A stretch of 64,000 nt of DNA from a virus (taxonomy: Duplodnaviria > Caudoviricetes), in IMG/VR virus record IMGVR_UViG_3300021958_000044, positions 16,991 to 80,990 of that record; one strand, written 5' to 3'. A program made the position numbers and the translations under genes. The stretch's first letter is position 1. Every line of letters begins with the position of its first letter. This document shows, piece after piece, positions 11,121-21,998 of this stretch. The notes under the pieces were generated by a model that worked only from the letters and a program-made list of their open reading frames with translations, searched no databases and was not told where the DNA came from.

Positions 11121-14100
11121 TTAAATTGCCTCTATAGAGCTGTTTGCTATCGTAACCTCATTGTTAACAGTGCTCTGCTTAATAACTCTTCCAAATAATC
11201 TTGTGCCTGCTACGTGAGCTGACTTCAGTACTATATCTCTATATTTATCCAACGATAAACCAGACTCAATCAAATAAGAATAAGACTGATAGAAATTATT
11301 GTCGTGAATGTATTTATTATTCAAGAATGATGTCTTGTCTGCCCAAAATCCTTGTCCTAGGCCTGTAGTAGTTACATTAGCGGTTCCGCTAACTACAATG
11401 TTTTGTGCAGTGTTTGTTGATACTAGAGTTACTGTTGAGTCATGTTGATATCCATATCCGCTATCAATAACTTCAACGGACGTAACAATACCATTTGCTG
11501 CCTGAGCAGTGGCATTGATATCAGCATTGTCACCAATAGGCCTTGTATCTTCATCTGCTTGGATACCAATAACGGTTCCGGTAGCACCAGACAATGATCC
11601 AGTAACTGGTCCTGAGTCATTGAATCCAACAGCAAACGAAAGACGCCTTAATCTAACTTGTTGTGGATCGTCGCCTTGAGCATACACTTGTCCTTTAGAC
11701 ACGGCACTTTGTACAACTTGGCCCACTGCTGTAATTTCAGCGCTGACACTTGCAACGTTTATTTCTGTGTTAGGTGATACTGAGAATACTAGATTGCTAG
11801 CTGATGACACAAATGGAATTAAGTTTGCTGCATTATATTCAAACACGCTTGCTGCTGCATTGAATATTTTAATTCTAGGATTAACAATACTTATAGTATT
11901 GGTGTCTGATTGGAATATATCACCGATAGCATTAGCTGTTGAGTTAATTACCTGTTGTACAGATGACCCTATTGTAAAATCCTCTATAGTTGCTGCATAC
12001 GGATCGCCGTTTGAATATGATCCAGTGATAGTAGAAATAGTTAAAGTCTGTCCTGGATTAGTAACCGTTTGATTGACGTTTTCGCCAACTATAAATGTTC
12101 CATTCTTATCTTCTAAATATAAAATAACATCTCTTTTATCAAATTTAGCAATACCACCAGAGTAAACAGAAAGGAATGGATCAAAGTTGTAATTGTTTCC
12201 AGGGTTGATTTCTGTTAGTGAAGATATTGTTCCAATGTTACCACTATATCTTGTTAGTACTGTATCAAGAATAGATGTGTAATCACCATCGCTATCTTTA
12301 GGGAATCCATAACCGAAGTCAAAATTAGTATCAAATGTTAGTCCTGTTCCTACAGAAAGGTTGTCTGAGTTTGCAGGACTTGATGTAAAAAATCCATCTC
12401 CAGGATTAGTTACTGTAATAGAAGTCACGGTATTTGTATGCGTTGCGTTTGTTGTGACTGTAGTAATAGTTGCTACCGCATTTATGTTAGGTGGACCACC
12501 GCCAGGACCTCCCCTGTCAAACACAATTGTTTGACCTGGCTCATAATTGTTTCCGCCATCAGTAATGTCAATGCTATCAAGGAACCCAATTCCTGAGTTT
12601 CCTCCATCAATAACACAATCCAGATAGGCAACGTTTGCTGAGTTGTTATCTCCAATGAAATCTGTGTAGATTGTAATAGCATCTTCGTTTTCTAAAGACC
12701 CTATTTTAAATGTTGCTCCAGAACCTGTACCTACAGTTACAATATTTGCAAAAGTATTTGAATCTCTGCCAACAATATATGCAGACGTATTTGCTACAAA
12801 AGTAGCAACTGAATTATTAGCAGGGTATCTCGTGTTTCTAAAACCAACGTTAGTAGCATTGGATCCAATTACTTCAGCTGTTACAGTAGCATTTGCATAC
12901 GTATCTACTACAGCCTGTGTTCCATTAGTATCATTAAAGAATACGTCCGATACGCCAGTAACTGCAACGCCTCCAGCATCAATAGTTGCAATGGCATTTG
13001 TTCGCTGACCTTTAACTTTTTTGTTTTGTGTAAACTCGCCAACAATATCAGCTACATTTAATACGGTACTATTTGCTGAAGAGACTTCTGCATTAGCTCC
13101 TTGAGTAGTTACATTGATGCCTGTTACATTAGCTGTTGTAGAGTTAGCCGATACTATGTAAACGTTATCGTTAGCTACCCAAGTACCAAATGAACCATTA
13201 ACTGTAATGTGAGTAGCGTTAACAGACTCAACAACACCATTAGCATTAGACTCGTCGCCTTGAATAATGTCTCCAGCAGTAAACGCATCTGTGTTAGAAG
13301 CATATTCTAATTCTACTTGATCTTCTTCATCAATTCTTTCTCTTACTTGAAAAGTATGAGTGCTATCGGCAAGGGTTATTGTTAGTTCATTTTGATTACC
13401 AAATGATCCAGTTATAGGAGCAATTAATACTGCACTCTCTCCTGTATTAGTTACGTTTAAGTTGACCACGTATCCATTAGCAATAACAGTATTGCCAGAG
13501 TCTCTCCCTGTAATCCATGGAGAGGTTGTTTCATTTTCTGTATTAGCAATAAAGTTCTGAATGTTTGAGTTGAAAGCCACGCCACTTAAAATAGAAATTT
13601 CTTCGAGTGTTTGATCTACTGTTTCAAATCTTATAAATTGGGCATTGTCTATTCTTTTACCAACATAATCATATGCTGATTCTACTGTATTGCTGTATGT
13701 CTGAGCTTCATTGACAACGTTAGCTACAACAACATTCTGATCATTAACATTGATAGCAGTAAATTCTGTATTAGTACTAAAACCAAACCCACCGTTAGCC
13801 AAATCAAAGCTAACGAGGCCTGTTGCATCAGCAATAGACGTTACCCTAGCAAGACCTTGTTTTCCTTGAGGCCCTGTGACATTAAAGATGTCTCCAATTG
13901 CATTATTACTACCACCCAATGTAATATTAATATCTGAGAGGGATCCTGTAACAATTGGCATGTTGTCTTGAATGCCATCAGATGATTTTGAGAGTAATTC
14001 TCCTCTTAAAAAGTTGCCTCTTAGGTTAGATAATCTTAATACGTTTGTTCGTACGTTATTTAATAACTTTGTTGATATACTTTCAACAAATGCTTTAGCG

Positions 14101-14588
14101 CCACTAGTAGCACCTGTTATTTCAATTCCTTCTAGTGACTTTAATATTGCTACGTCTGGTGCGTAACACTCAATGTATCTTGGTCTTCTATAACTTGCAT
14201 CAGATGGCTTAATCACGTCCTCGGAAGGATAGAACACTGTAGCATTATCATTAAAAACTATTCTAAAAAGTAATTGAATTGCTCGTTGTGATCCTTTTGA
14301 TTTATAAAAGTCAAATATATTTTTTATGGTTAATCTATCATCAGATTTGATAAGACCTGGCAGGTCTTTTAAGTATGTTCTTTTAAACTCTTCAAGAAAC
14401 TGAGACGTTGTTTTATCTATATCTCTATATTCAATTTGGTTTCTAGCAACGTCTACTGTATTACCAGATTGCTCCATCCATTCATAATATGCCTCAAGAA
14501 ATACACGAAACGATTCCCCTTCTTCAGCATAGAAGGCAGGAAACTGATCTTTTACAAATAAAGAAATCTGATCATCGATTTCTCTCAT
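11121..14588 (-). CDS. gp7: Baseplate wedge initiator gp7-like
   Basis: QFPAFY..F..FLEAYYEW, FYKSKGS and C-terminal IHDNNFYQSYSYLI..HVAGTRLFG motifs; lies between gp6 and gp8. Confidence 0.8.
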   Translation of the reverse strand: MREIDDQISLFVKDQFPAFYAEEGESFRVFLEAYYEWMEQSGNTVDVARNQIEYRDIDKTTSQFLEEFKRTYLKDLPGLIKSDDRLTIKNIFDFYKSKGSQRAIQLLFRIVFNDNATVFYPSEDVIKPSDASYRRPRYIECYAPDVAILKSLEGIEITGATSGAKAFVESISTKLLNNVRTNVLRLSNLRGNFLRGELLSKSSDGIQDNMPIVTGSLSDINITLGGSNNAIGDIFNVTGPQGKQGLARVTSIADATGLVSFDLANGGFGFSTNTEFTAINVNDQNVVVANVVNEAQTYSNTVESAYDYVGKRIDNAQFIRFETVDQTLEEISILSGVAFNSNIQNFIANTENETTSPWITGRDSGNTVIANGYVVNLNVTNTGESAVLIAPITGSFGNQNELTITLADSTHTFQVRERIDEEDQVELEYASNTDAFTAGDIIQGDESNANGVVESVNATHITVNGSFGTWVANDNVYIVSANSTTANVTGINVTTQGANAEVSSANSTVLNVADIVGEFTQNKKVKGQRTNAIATIDAGGVAVTGVSDVFFNDTNGTQAVVDTYANATVTAEVIGSNATNVGFRNTRYPANNSVATFVANTSAYIVGRDSNTFANIVTVGTGSGATFKIGSLENEDAITIYTDFIGDNNSANVAYLDCVIDGGNSGIGFLDSIDITDGGNNYEPGQTIVFDRGGPGGGPPNINAVATITTVTTNATHTNTVTSITVTNPGDGFFTSSPANSDNLSVGTGLTFDTNFDFGYGFPKDSDGDYTSILDTVLTRYSGNIGTISSLTEINPGNNYNFDPFLSVYSGGIAKFDKRDVILYLEDKNGTFIVGENVNQTVTNPGQTLTISTITGSYSNGDPYAATIEDFTIGSSVQQVINSTANAIGDIFQSDTNTISIVNPRIKIFNAAASVFEYNAANLIPFVSSASNLVFSVSPNTEINVASVSAEITAVGQVVQSAVSKGQVYAQGDDPQQVRLRRLSFAVGFNDSGPVTGSLSGATGTVIGIQADEDTRPIGDNADINATAQAANGIVTSVEVIDSGYGYQHDSTVTLVSTNTAQNIVVSGTANVTTTGLGQGFWADKTSFLNNKYIHDNNFYQSYSYLIESGLSLDKYRDIVLKSAHVAGTRLFGRVIKQSTVNNEVTIANSSIEAI

Positions 14589-16378
14589 TACAACCTCTCT
14601 TGAACGATCGTAATACCTGGAGTCTTGTTATAACTTAAAATGATATTCTTATCAGACTTAATTGTTCTGCGTTTAGGTGTAGCACTAATCTTAATTGAGT
14701 CGCCAGAAAAAGCACTTACTAAAAATGAGTTCAACGTAACTGTCCCTGTCTCATAATTTACAGAACCTGCATCTGGTGAAACAATTTGAAGAGTAGCATT
14801 TTGTTGTTGAATAATTTGTATTTTTCCTAAACCATCATCTCTAAGTATGCATCCATTCAATCCACCAAACGTAAACGTGGTAGATGTTATAGGAGAGCTT
14901 CCGTCAACAAATCGGTTATTGAGAGGAATCTCTCTAAGAATCTCATTATTAAATTGTAATACAAACGTCACCGCAACACCAAGTATTGGAATAATTTTCT
15001 TTTCTAATATTACGTCTGTGTCATTATTAAGAATAGAAGGATCGGCTGCATCTATTGCTGCTGACACTTTGGATACTCTTAATGTAGCTGCAAAATCATT
15101 TATCTCTGCATCTGCGTGTGCCTGAATTGCATTTTGCACTACCGACTTAATCTCATTATCACTTTTAACGGTGACATTAGGATTATACCTTACTGAGGTA
15201 ATAATGTCAACGAATAAAAACTCTGGATCAATAACTCTAGGTTCAATAGATAAAGGCGCTCTTAATTTTAAGAAGTTCTCTATATCTCTCTTTCTTGATA
15301 AAGGGATACCCTCTGCGTTCTTGAGATCAACTGATACCAACACTTTACCAAACTGTGGCGGAATAGCTTCTTCCCCGCCGTATACATTCAAAGCCTCTAT
15401 ATCATTAAAATTCTGCAACAAAAGTGTTTTGTAATCATTGACTGTTACAGTTCTGTCTTGTAATGATAAGGACCTAGAAGCATTCTTTTTAATTGAGTCG
15501 AGAGTCTCTCCAACACTGCCGCCTTGAGCAGAGGATCTAGTAAATATTACTACATTGCTGTACCCTTGTATGTTACCAGATAATGCAAAATTGTTTGCGC
15601 TGTTTGGTCCATCAGCATCAGATCTTCTATAAATTGCTTCAATAATATTTCCGTTTTCTAATGGTCTTCCTAGAATACCGTCACCAAACTGTACTTCATA
15701 CTTGCCAGTTTCAGCCGGCACTACAAAGTATGTGTTAGTAGTTCCATCAATACCAATAGTATTAAGGTTTCTCGTCCACTGTGAATTAGATGTGTCAGAT
15801 GCTGACGCAACGACTTTGACAGTTAAACTATTGACATCTACATCTGGATTACTTAACACAAATCTTTGTTCGGTGTTAGAAGTGGATACTGTAAACAATT
15901 CAGTAATAATATTTCCTTCAAATATTTCTACATCGCTCGCAATATAGTTTCCATTTGCATCAGCTGATACTGTTATAGACTCGTCTGTTGTAAAAATATA
16001 AGAGTTTGATTCTACAGATGTAGTGAATTCTGTGTGTTTAGGTATGGCAATTTGTGCTGGCGTGTCATTTGGATAAATTGAAATATCTACAACAGCTTTT
16101 GCACTTGAGTATGACGAAGGCAAGTAGTTTAATGTTTTTGCGTGAGAGACAATGCTATCCCTTAATACAGCACTATTAAGAAACGATTCGTTTGCTACCA
16201 TGTTAAGGTAGAAGTTCTGCATGAACGTGTTATAGGAAAGAACGTCCAGCAATACGTTTAAATTGGATCCTGTAAAATCATAATCCTTTAGTGCAGATTG
16301 CGTCTGCAAGAAAGTTTGAAGATCTGATTTAATATCTTCAAAATTAATATTAGCTACTGAAAGTGATGTATTTGCCAT
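14588..16378 (-). CDS. gp6: Baseplate wedge subunit gp6
   Basis: DYDFTGSNLNVLLDVLSYNT, FLNSAVLRDSIVSHAK.LNY and QDRTVT..DY motifs. Confidence 0.92.
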   Translation of the reverse strand: MANTSLSVANINFEDIKSDLQTFLQTQSALKDYDFTGSNLNVLLDVLSYNTFMQNFYLNMVANESFLNSAVLRDSIVSHAKTLNYLPSSYSSAKAVVDISIYPNDTPAQIAIPKHTEFTTSVESNSYIFTTDESITVSADANGNYIASDVEIFEGNIITELFTVSTSNTEQRFVLSNPDVDVNSLTVKVVASASDTSNSQWTRNLNTIGIDGTTNTYFVVPAETGKYEVQFGDGILGRPLENGNIIEAIYRRSDADGPNSANNFALSGNIQGYSNVVIFTRSSAQGGSVGETLDSIKKNASRSLSLQDRTVTVNDYKTLLLQNFNDIEALNVYGGEEAIPPQFGKVLVSVDLKNAEGIPLSRKRDIENFLKLRAPLSIEPRVIDPEFLFVDIITSVRYNPNVTVKSDNEIKSVVQNAIQAHADAEINDFAATLRVSKVSAAIDAADPSILNNDTDVILEKKIIPILGVAVTFVLQFNNEILREIPLNNRFVDGSSPITSTTFTFGGLNGCILRDDGLGKIQIIQQQNATLQIVSPDAGSVNYETGTVTLNSFLVSAFSGDSIKISATPKRRTIKSDKNIILSYNKTPGITIVQERL

Positions 16379-16758
16379 TATCCTATTCTCTCTATTTGTA
16401 AATCTAGCAACGCGGGCTCATCATTATTTATTACCATAAATTTCAACGACACTAGCAGTAGGTTGTTATCATCGTCTGCACTGACATCAATGTCAATTAT
16501 AGACGCCCTTGGCTCATGATTGTCTATTGTCTCCGTTATGTATTGCTTGATTAACCTAACAGTGGTTGGTGTAAAGTTTTCAAACAACAGCGATCTTATT
16601 TTAGAACCAACACTAGGCTGCATTAATCTTTCGCCTCGGTTAGTTAATATTAAATTTCTTACTGACTGCTTCACAGCCGCTACGTCAGTTTTTAGCGACA
16701 AGTCTCTCTTCACTGGGTGAACAGCAAGGCTGGTGTTGAAGTCAGAAAAAGTACTCAT
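16378..16758 (-). CDS. gp25: Baseplate wedge subunit gp25
   Basis: AVKQSVRNLILTNRGER..P..GS..LLFE...EPRA motif of the gp25/GPW family. Confidence 0.93.
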   Translation of the reverse strand: MSTFSDFNTSLAVHPVKRDLSLKTDVAAVKQSVRNLILTNRGERLMQPSVGSKIRSLLFENFTPTTVRLIKQYITETIDNHEPRASIIDIDVSADDDNNLLLVSLKFMVINNDEPALLDLQIERIG

Positions 16759-16763
16759 GAGTT

Positions 16764-16769
16764 TATTTA
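16764..16769 (-). promoter_or_regulatory. Late promoter of gp25
   Basis: TAAATA-AACTC-ATG. Confidence 0.75.
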
Positions 16770-16778
16770 TTAATCCTT

Positions 16779-17837
16779 TTAAACTATCTCTATGAATTGT
16801 AAAGCTCTAATTTGTGATTCGTAAGAAGAAAATCCTTTAGTAAACTTTTTAACCTCTGCATCAGGAATTTTGGGAGGCGTTGGAGCTGTATCCATACTTG
16901 AAAGCACTTTATTATCCCAATACTTCTTCCTTGATTCAGCTGTTATATCAAGGTCTACAGTAATCCTAGTATACAACACAGCGTTCTTTTCAGCAACTAA
17001 TTGAGCGTCTACTGGTTGTTGCGCATCCTTAGCTGCTTGAATTTGTTCTTTGAGAGCAAACAATTTTTTTCTTAAAGGAGTGAGCTCATTTCGTTGACGT
17101 AAATTTTTATCTTTTACAATCTGGTTAAACGTTAGTTTTTGTTCTTTGGTTTGTCCCTTTTCTCTTGTCTTTACAGTAGCAGATGAGTTTAATGGAGCAT
17201 TGTGTTTTGGTGGAGCTGGTTCTGCTCCTGTTTTCTTTTCAGGCAATGCAGCTGCTACTGCTGCGTCTATGGTTGGCAATATAGAAGGAACGCCTTTTTT
17301 AACTATGTTGCCTAGAGCATCCTTTTCAATATTAGGCACCTTTTGACATATATCATTCAATGCACCCTCAATAGACTGACCACCACTAAATGGTAATTCA
17401 AAACCGCCGACTGCTCCTAGTATACTTTCTGGAGATGACAAATCTGTATTAAGTAAATCAGTAACTTTGCCAGCAAGGTTATTCATTTTATCTGCATCAA
17501 TTCCTGCTGATGCTAGAATTCCATTTACATCTAATCCTGGAAAATTGTCTTGAATGCTATTAAAAGATTCTAAAAACTTTTTTGGATCATTTGCTGCCGC
17601 CATCATTTCATTCATTGTATCTTGTAGGTTAGCTTGAGGAACAGGCAGCTCAGGTGCAATCTCATCTAACTTGCTTTGCATTGCATCAGTTATAGTTCCT
17701 TTGATTTTATCTTTAAGACCCAGCACGGCACTAGCAATACCCTCATTGGCATCTGCTATTAATCCATTAATTTCTCCTTTAACGGAATCTATCTGATCAT
17801 TTAGAGCTGTTGCTGCTTCTGGTAGTCCACATGCCAT
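16779..17837 (-). CDS. Hypothetical protein between gp5 and gp25 (probably structural)
   Basis: 352-aa ORF with SD (GGAG), in the baseplate operon; no family recognised. Confidence 0.7.
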   Translation of the reverse strand: MACGLPEAATALNDQIDSVKGEINGLIADANEGIASAVLGLKDKIKGTITDAMQSKLDEIAPELPVPQANLQDTMNEMMAAANDPKKFLESFNSIQDNFPGLDVNGILASAGIDADKMNNLAGKVTDLLNTDLSSPESILGAVGGFELPFSGGQSIEGALNDICQKVPNIEKDALGNIVKKGVPSILPTIDAAVAAALPEKKTGAEPAPPKHNAPLNSSATVKTREKGQTKEQKLTFNQIVKDKNLRQRNELTPLRKKLFALKEQIQAAKDAQQPVDAQLVAEKNAVLYTRITVDLDITAESRKKYWDNKVLSSMDTAPTPPKIPDAEVKKFTKGFSSYESQIRALQFIEIV

Positions 17838-17840
17838 ATA

Positions 17841-19343
17841 TTACTCCTGTGTATCTGAATTAGGCGAGTCAGAAGTATTTTTCTCATCCGCATTAGATCC
17901 ATCTCCAGTATCCATCGATGTTGTTTGATGTGTATGAGTATGCAATGTAACATTAGTGTCAGTAATGTTACCAGATACTACGTCTATTGAACCATCTGCA
18001 TAATCAATAGTACCAGTAGAAGCATCGATGTCCTGAGTATTTGCTGTAATTGTTTGAGTTTTAACTACATTGATTAATTGGTTGTTTTCTGTTTCGATCT
18101 TCATATCATTAATACTCTTGATCGTCATTTTCTCAGCCGCTGCAATAGCAATGTTATTACCAGCACCAATATCAATGTTCTCTGCAACTAACCACGTTAC
18201 ATTATTTGCACAAGTTCTTTTTGATGAGTCTAAGTTAGTTACTGTCTCTTCTTTATTAATAGTCTCGTCGTGCTTGCCGCCAATAGATTCTGTAAAGTTG
18301 CCGACAGTAATCTCATCTTTATTTTTTGAAACTCTTTCTCTCTTGTTTCCATTTATTTGTGTCGACTTGTCTGATATAATTTCTTTGGCTTCATTACCTT
18401 GAACTTTCTTAACATAATCTCCAACAACAGTTAAGAAATAATTGCCTCCTATTTCTTCCACCTTGTCGCCTTTGATTAGTAATCTTGCGTCACCATCAAT
18501 CGTAACGTTTACATTACCTCTAATATAAACATCTTTGTCCTTAAGAGTTATCTCATAGTCGGTTCCATTAATTTTAGTTACTCTATTGCCGTCTGGCTGT
18601 ATTTCTTGGAAGGTTCCAGTCGAATGCAGCATATGTATTCTTTCGCCATCTGGTGTATCATCTACTTCAAATAAATGTCCGCCTTCAGTGTACCAAGTGT
18701 GATTTAATGGATATGCTGATTGGATATGGTCCTCAGGATAATCATCGTCCTGTCCACCAAATCTTGGATGTGGCTCTTTCCAAGCAGTCGGTTCGTAATA
18801 CTTGTCATCTTTGTTTGCAAGAACAGACTCTATTTTGGATCCCTTTGCACTTTCTACTACGCCAAACTCATCTTTATTCTTTCTTTTTTCTATTAGCAAA
18901 TCATGTGATTCAGCATCTTCGCCTCTTGCATGTCTATCAACAGAACTCTCGTATAATGATGATAAGCCTGGATCATCTTTTGGATATACTCCATTTGGAT
19001 CATAAAATCCTTTTCCAGGATTTGGCTCCTCGCTAGGATTACCTGCTAGCGATCCCATAACTAAAGGCTGTTGGTATTCGCCCTCATCTAAAAAGACTCC
19101 AAACACCCATGTGCCTTCTACAACACCTGTTGGCGATCTACCTATTCCACTAATTGCTGGCGATGTAATAGGCTGTAATACTAACGCCCAAGGTAATTTT
19201 TCTGTTGGCAATAATCCTTTGTCATCTGTATGGACACTATAAATCCTAACTTTAAGTCTTCCAAGGAACATAGGATCATTCCTGTCCTCAACGACGCCGA
19301 CAAAATGTCGCATATTTGTAAAACTTTTTGATCCACTATCCAT
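17841..19343 (-). CDS. gp5: Baseplate hub/spike gp5-like protein without lysozyme domain
   Basis: N-terminal OB fold (GVVEDRNDP..LGRLKVR, LPWA, G.WVFG.FLD), YP.NH.W.TE.GH.FEVDDTP..ERI, beta-helix repeats and C-terminal LHTHTH; no T4 lysozyme segment seen. Confidence 0.9.
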   Translation of the reverse strand: MDSGSKSFTNMRHFVGVVEDRNDPMFLGRLKVRIYSVHTDDKGLLPTEKLPWALVLQPITSPAISGIGRSPTGVVEGTWVFGVFLDEGEYQQPLVMGSLAGNPSEEPNPGKGFYDPNGVYPKDDPGLSSLYESSVDRHARGEDAESHDLLIEKRKNKDEFGVVESAKGSKIESVLANKDDKYYEPTAWKEPHPRFGGQDDDYPEDHIQSAYPLNHTWYTEGGHLFEVDDTPDGERIHMLHSTGTFQEIQPDGNRVTKINGTDYEITLKDKDVYIRGNVNVTIDGDARLLIKGDKVEEIGGNYFLTVVGDYVKKVQGNEAKEIISDKSTQINGNKRERVSKNKDEITVGNFTESIGGKHDETINKEETVTNLDSSKRTCANNVTWLVAENIDIGAGNNIAIAAAEKMTIKSINDMKIETENNQLINVVKTQTITANTQDIDASTGTIDYADGSIDVVSGNITDTNVTLHTHTHQTTSMDTGDGSNADEKNTSDSPNSDTQE

Positions 19344-20599
19344 TATGCCACCACGTTCTTACTAGGGTCATCAATATTTGCCCTATAGCTTTCTTTATTT
19401 AATACCATGACCATGTTATATTCTTTTCTATCGATCATATGAAAAACTCTTGTAACTAGATAGTTTCCAGATACTTTTTGTTCTTGTTCTTTTGTTTCTG
19501 TATTGGCAGTTGTTTCTAACATATTGAGATCAATTACTTTCCCAACCGTCATGTTTGAATTACCTGGCACAAGTAATCTCATTTGCACACCGTTCAAAGA
19601 GTCCATATAGAATCTACGTCTAGGAATCATTTTACCAAAGTTATTATCAAACATAGGATCGCCAATAGTTTTATTGACCCATTTAGTACTGTTATTAATA
19701 TTCAGATGCCTATCAATCATTGCTTTACTATCAAACGTCATTGCATCACCGGTCTTATCAAGATGCACAAAATCACCAAAGTTATCTTTTACTAATACAC
19801 CAAACGTGTGAACAGTTTGATTAATAAGGTCTATTTCTTTACATTGATTTGCATAAGAACCTAATTTAATCCTTGACATTATATCCTTGTTTGCGTCTAT
19901 TGTCAACTGCTCTATGTAAAACTGTGCTTTAGGATCGCCCTTTTCTACTTTTGTATCTGGTGAAAAAATGTATTCAATAGGTGAGTCTTTGTTTTCTTTA
20001 ATAAGTTGTTCTATATTGTGAAAATTAAATCCATCTAAACTTTCATAAAAAGTAAACAGGCTTGAGGTAAAAGTTGCGTTCATTGCTCTTCTAGCTAAGA
20101 ACACCATTGCTTCGTAAGGCGTCATTCCAGGTATTACAAATCTATCTACGCCGTTAGTAGGATGAACACTTAATGGTCTACTACTACCAAGCATTCCAAA
20201 CACATCTTTAACTGCTGAGCCTATTTGTGATATGTATCCCTTGCTAACGTCCATCGTTGATTGTGTATAATGTTCTGGTGTTACGCCAAACATTTCATAT
20301 ATTTTGCCATACCCATAATTTGGATCTGGTGTTACTTCAATTTTATATACTTGGAATACTATGCTTACTTGTTTGTCTCCAGGACTTTCAAAAGTCAGTT
20401 CGTATGTTTCTGTGCCATCAAAGTCTACTTTATTAAAAGCATCCCCAACGTCTGGAACAATTATTTTAGATTTCAATGAATCAGAATATATGTCTTCTTC
20501 AATTTCTATTTTTGTAAATCCAGCAGTAACGTCAAGCTCCCCTTTTGCATGCTTGAATATTACTTCTTCAATTTTGTAACTTTTTGGTATGTAAGTCAT
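19343..20599 (-). CDS. Putative baseplate hub protein (gp27-like)
   Basis: 418 aa between gp53 and gp5; I.EDIYS, FTFYES.DGFNF and PGNSNMTVG.VI..SGNYLVT.V.H motifs typical of hub proteins. Confidence 0.6.
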   Translation of the reverse strand: MTYIPKSYKIEEVIFKHAKGELDVTAGFTKIEIEEDIYSDSLKSKIIVPDVGDAFNKVDFDGTETYELTFESPGDKQVSIVFQVYKIEVTPDPNYGYGKIYEMFGVTPEHYTQSTMDVSKGYISQIGSAVKDVFGMLGSSRPLSVHPTNGVDRFVIPGMTPYEAMVFLARRAMNATFTSSLFTFYESLDGFNFHNIEQLIKENKDSPIEYIFSPDTKVEKGDPKAQFYIEQLTIDANKDIMSRIKLGSYANQCKEIDLINQTVHTFGVLVKDNFGDFVHLDKTGDAMTFDSKAMIDRHLNINNSTKWVNKTIGDPMFDNNFGKMIPRRRFYMDSLNGVQMRLLVPGNSNMTVGKVIDLNMLETTANTETKEQEQKVSGNYLVTRVFHMIDRKEYNMVMVLNKESYRANIDDPSKNVVA

Positions 20600-21132
20600 T
20601 ATGTGTTCATTGCGCTCTTCAATTGTTTAGCTGCTTGTGACGCAAGCCTGTAATCAACAAGTTTAATTTGTCTCTTTGCATCATTAGCTTCATCTTCAAA
20701 CGTATATGCATAGACTGGCGTGTATTGTGATGCTTGTATTTTACCAAACGTTCCATTTAGCGTATACGTATCTGTTGAAATTATTGTTCCGTTTGTTTTG
20801 TGCTTATAGTGAAGAATTTTACTTTGAGCTTCTTCAACGGATCCATACTTAGCAATCAAATGTCTTCTAAATTGTTCTTGTGTTAATGGCCACTCGTAAT
20901 ATGGATCCACAATATCGTTTGCTAAGAAGATTAACCATAGTAGTGAAGGGTCTTTATAATAACCAGCAGCGACTTGGTCTGGACGCATATCGTGCTCAAT
21001 TACATAATCGTAGAATGCTAATGGATTAGACAGTATTGATTCTTTTAGTCTAGGTCTTGCAATAATATTTCTTGCAATTTTAGCATTGTATTCTATAATA
21101 GGAAAATTTTTAAAATAAGACTTACTGGCCAC
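20599..21132 (-). CDS. gp53: Baseplate wedge protein gp53
   Basis: YFKNFP.I.Y, RPDQVA..YY....WLI.LAN.I.DPY.EWPL motifs. Confidence 0.9.
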   Translation of the reverse strand: MASKSYFKNFPIIEYNAKIARNIIARPRLKESILSNPLAFYDYVIEHDMRPDQVAAGYYKDPSLLWLIFLANDIVDPYYEWPLTQEQFRRHLIAKYGSVEEAQSKILHYKHKTNGTIISTDTYTLNGTFGKIQASQYTPVYAYTFEDEANDAKRQIKLVDYRLASQAAKQLKSAMNT

Positions 21133-21988
21133 CTGCTAACTCCTCGTAATCTTCTGCAGTCCAAATTTCTACTTCTTGGAATTGCATGGTTAAATCTACA
21201 AATGCTGGAGCTCCAGTTCCTTTGAATAAAGAGTTACCACCTTCAGGCTGATAGTTTACATCAAACCCTGTAACCGCTGCTCTTTTAAAATAATGTAAAA
21301 AGTCGCCTGATCCAACATAAAATAAATCAACTTGGTTTGGATATTTTAAGAAGAAGTTGTTCTCTCCTTCCTCATATTTTGGATGAATGTTTGCTTGTAT
21401 TCCATATATCATGCTTTTAAGAGCTATCGATTCTGCTTCAGATGCAGGGGCGAGTTTCCAGTTAAGTGAAAATGTTTTTAATCCAACCGATTGGAACAAT
21501 AAAGCAATGTGAGGGTTTACTACGTTGCCAAGAGCTAGGTCAGAAGCATTTTTTAAATCTTGCGAAGGGTTTAGTGCTCTTACTGCTGCTCCACCAAGCG
21601 ACATTAAGTTCTCTGTTTCTTTTTTATAATCAATTGCAGCAGCTGCTTCAGAGGATGCTTCTGGGCTTCCTGCGTTGTCAAATTTGCTAACCGCTTCACC
21701 AACAATAGACGATAACGCTGCCCCTACAACACCAAGGTCTTGAGCATTATAGTTCAATGCTGCTTTATCATTTATTCCTTGTCCAGGCAAAGGTAGTGCA
21801 AATGATGCTACTGTGCTGTCGGATCCTTGGCCATCATTAAAACTATACTCAACAAAATGCATTACAAACTGATGATCTGACAAGTCACTAGGAAACGAGA
21901 ACCCTTTAGCACCAGAGTTCTTAGTTGTTTCTCTTTCTATTCTTTGTTTGGCCGTCATCGGCCCTTTTCGTTTTCTTCCAACTTCCAT
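21122..21988 (-). CDS. gp48: Baseplate tail-tube cap gp48
   Basis: NP...LLFQSVGLKTFS..WKL.P.S..E and C-terminal L.MQFQEVEI.T motifs; adjacent to gp53. Confidence 0.82.
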   Translation of the reverse strand: MEVGRKRKGPMTAKQRIERETTKNSGAKGFSFPSDLSDHQFVMHFVEYSFNDGQGSDSTVASFALPLPGQGINDKAALNYNAQDLGVVGAALSSIVGEAVSKFDNAGSPEASSEAAAAIDYKKETENLMSLGGAAVRALNPSQDLKNASDLALGNVVNPHIALLFQSVGLKTFSLNWKLAPASEAESIALKSMIYGIQANIHPKYEEGENNFFLKYPNQVDLFYVGSGDFLHYFKRAAVTGFDVNYQPEGGNSLFKGTGAPAFVDLTMQFQEVEIWTAEDYEELAGGQ

Positions 21989-21998
21989 TATTGTTTCC

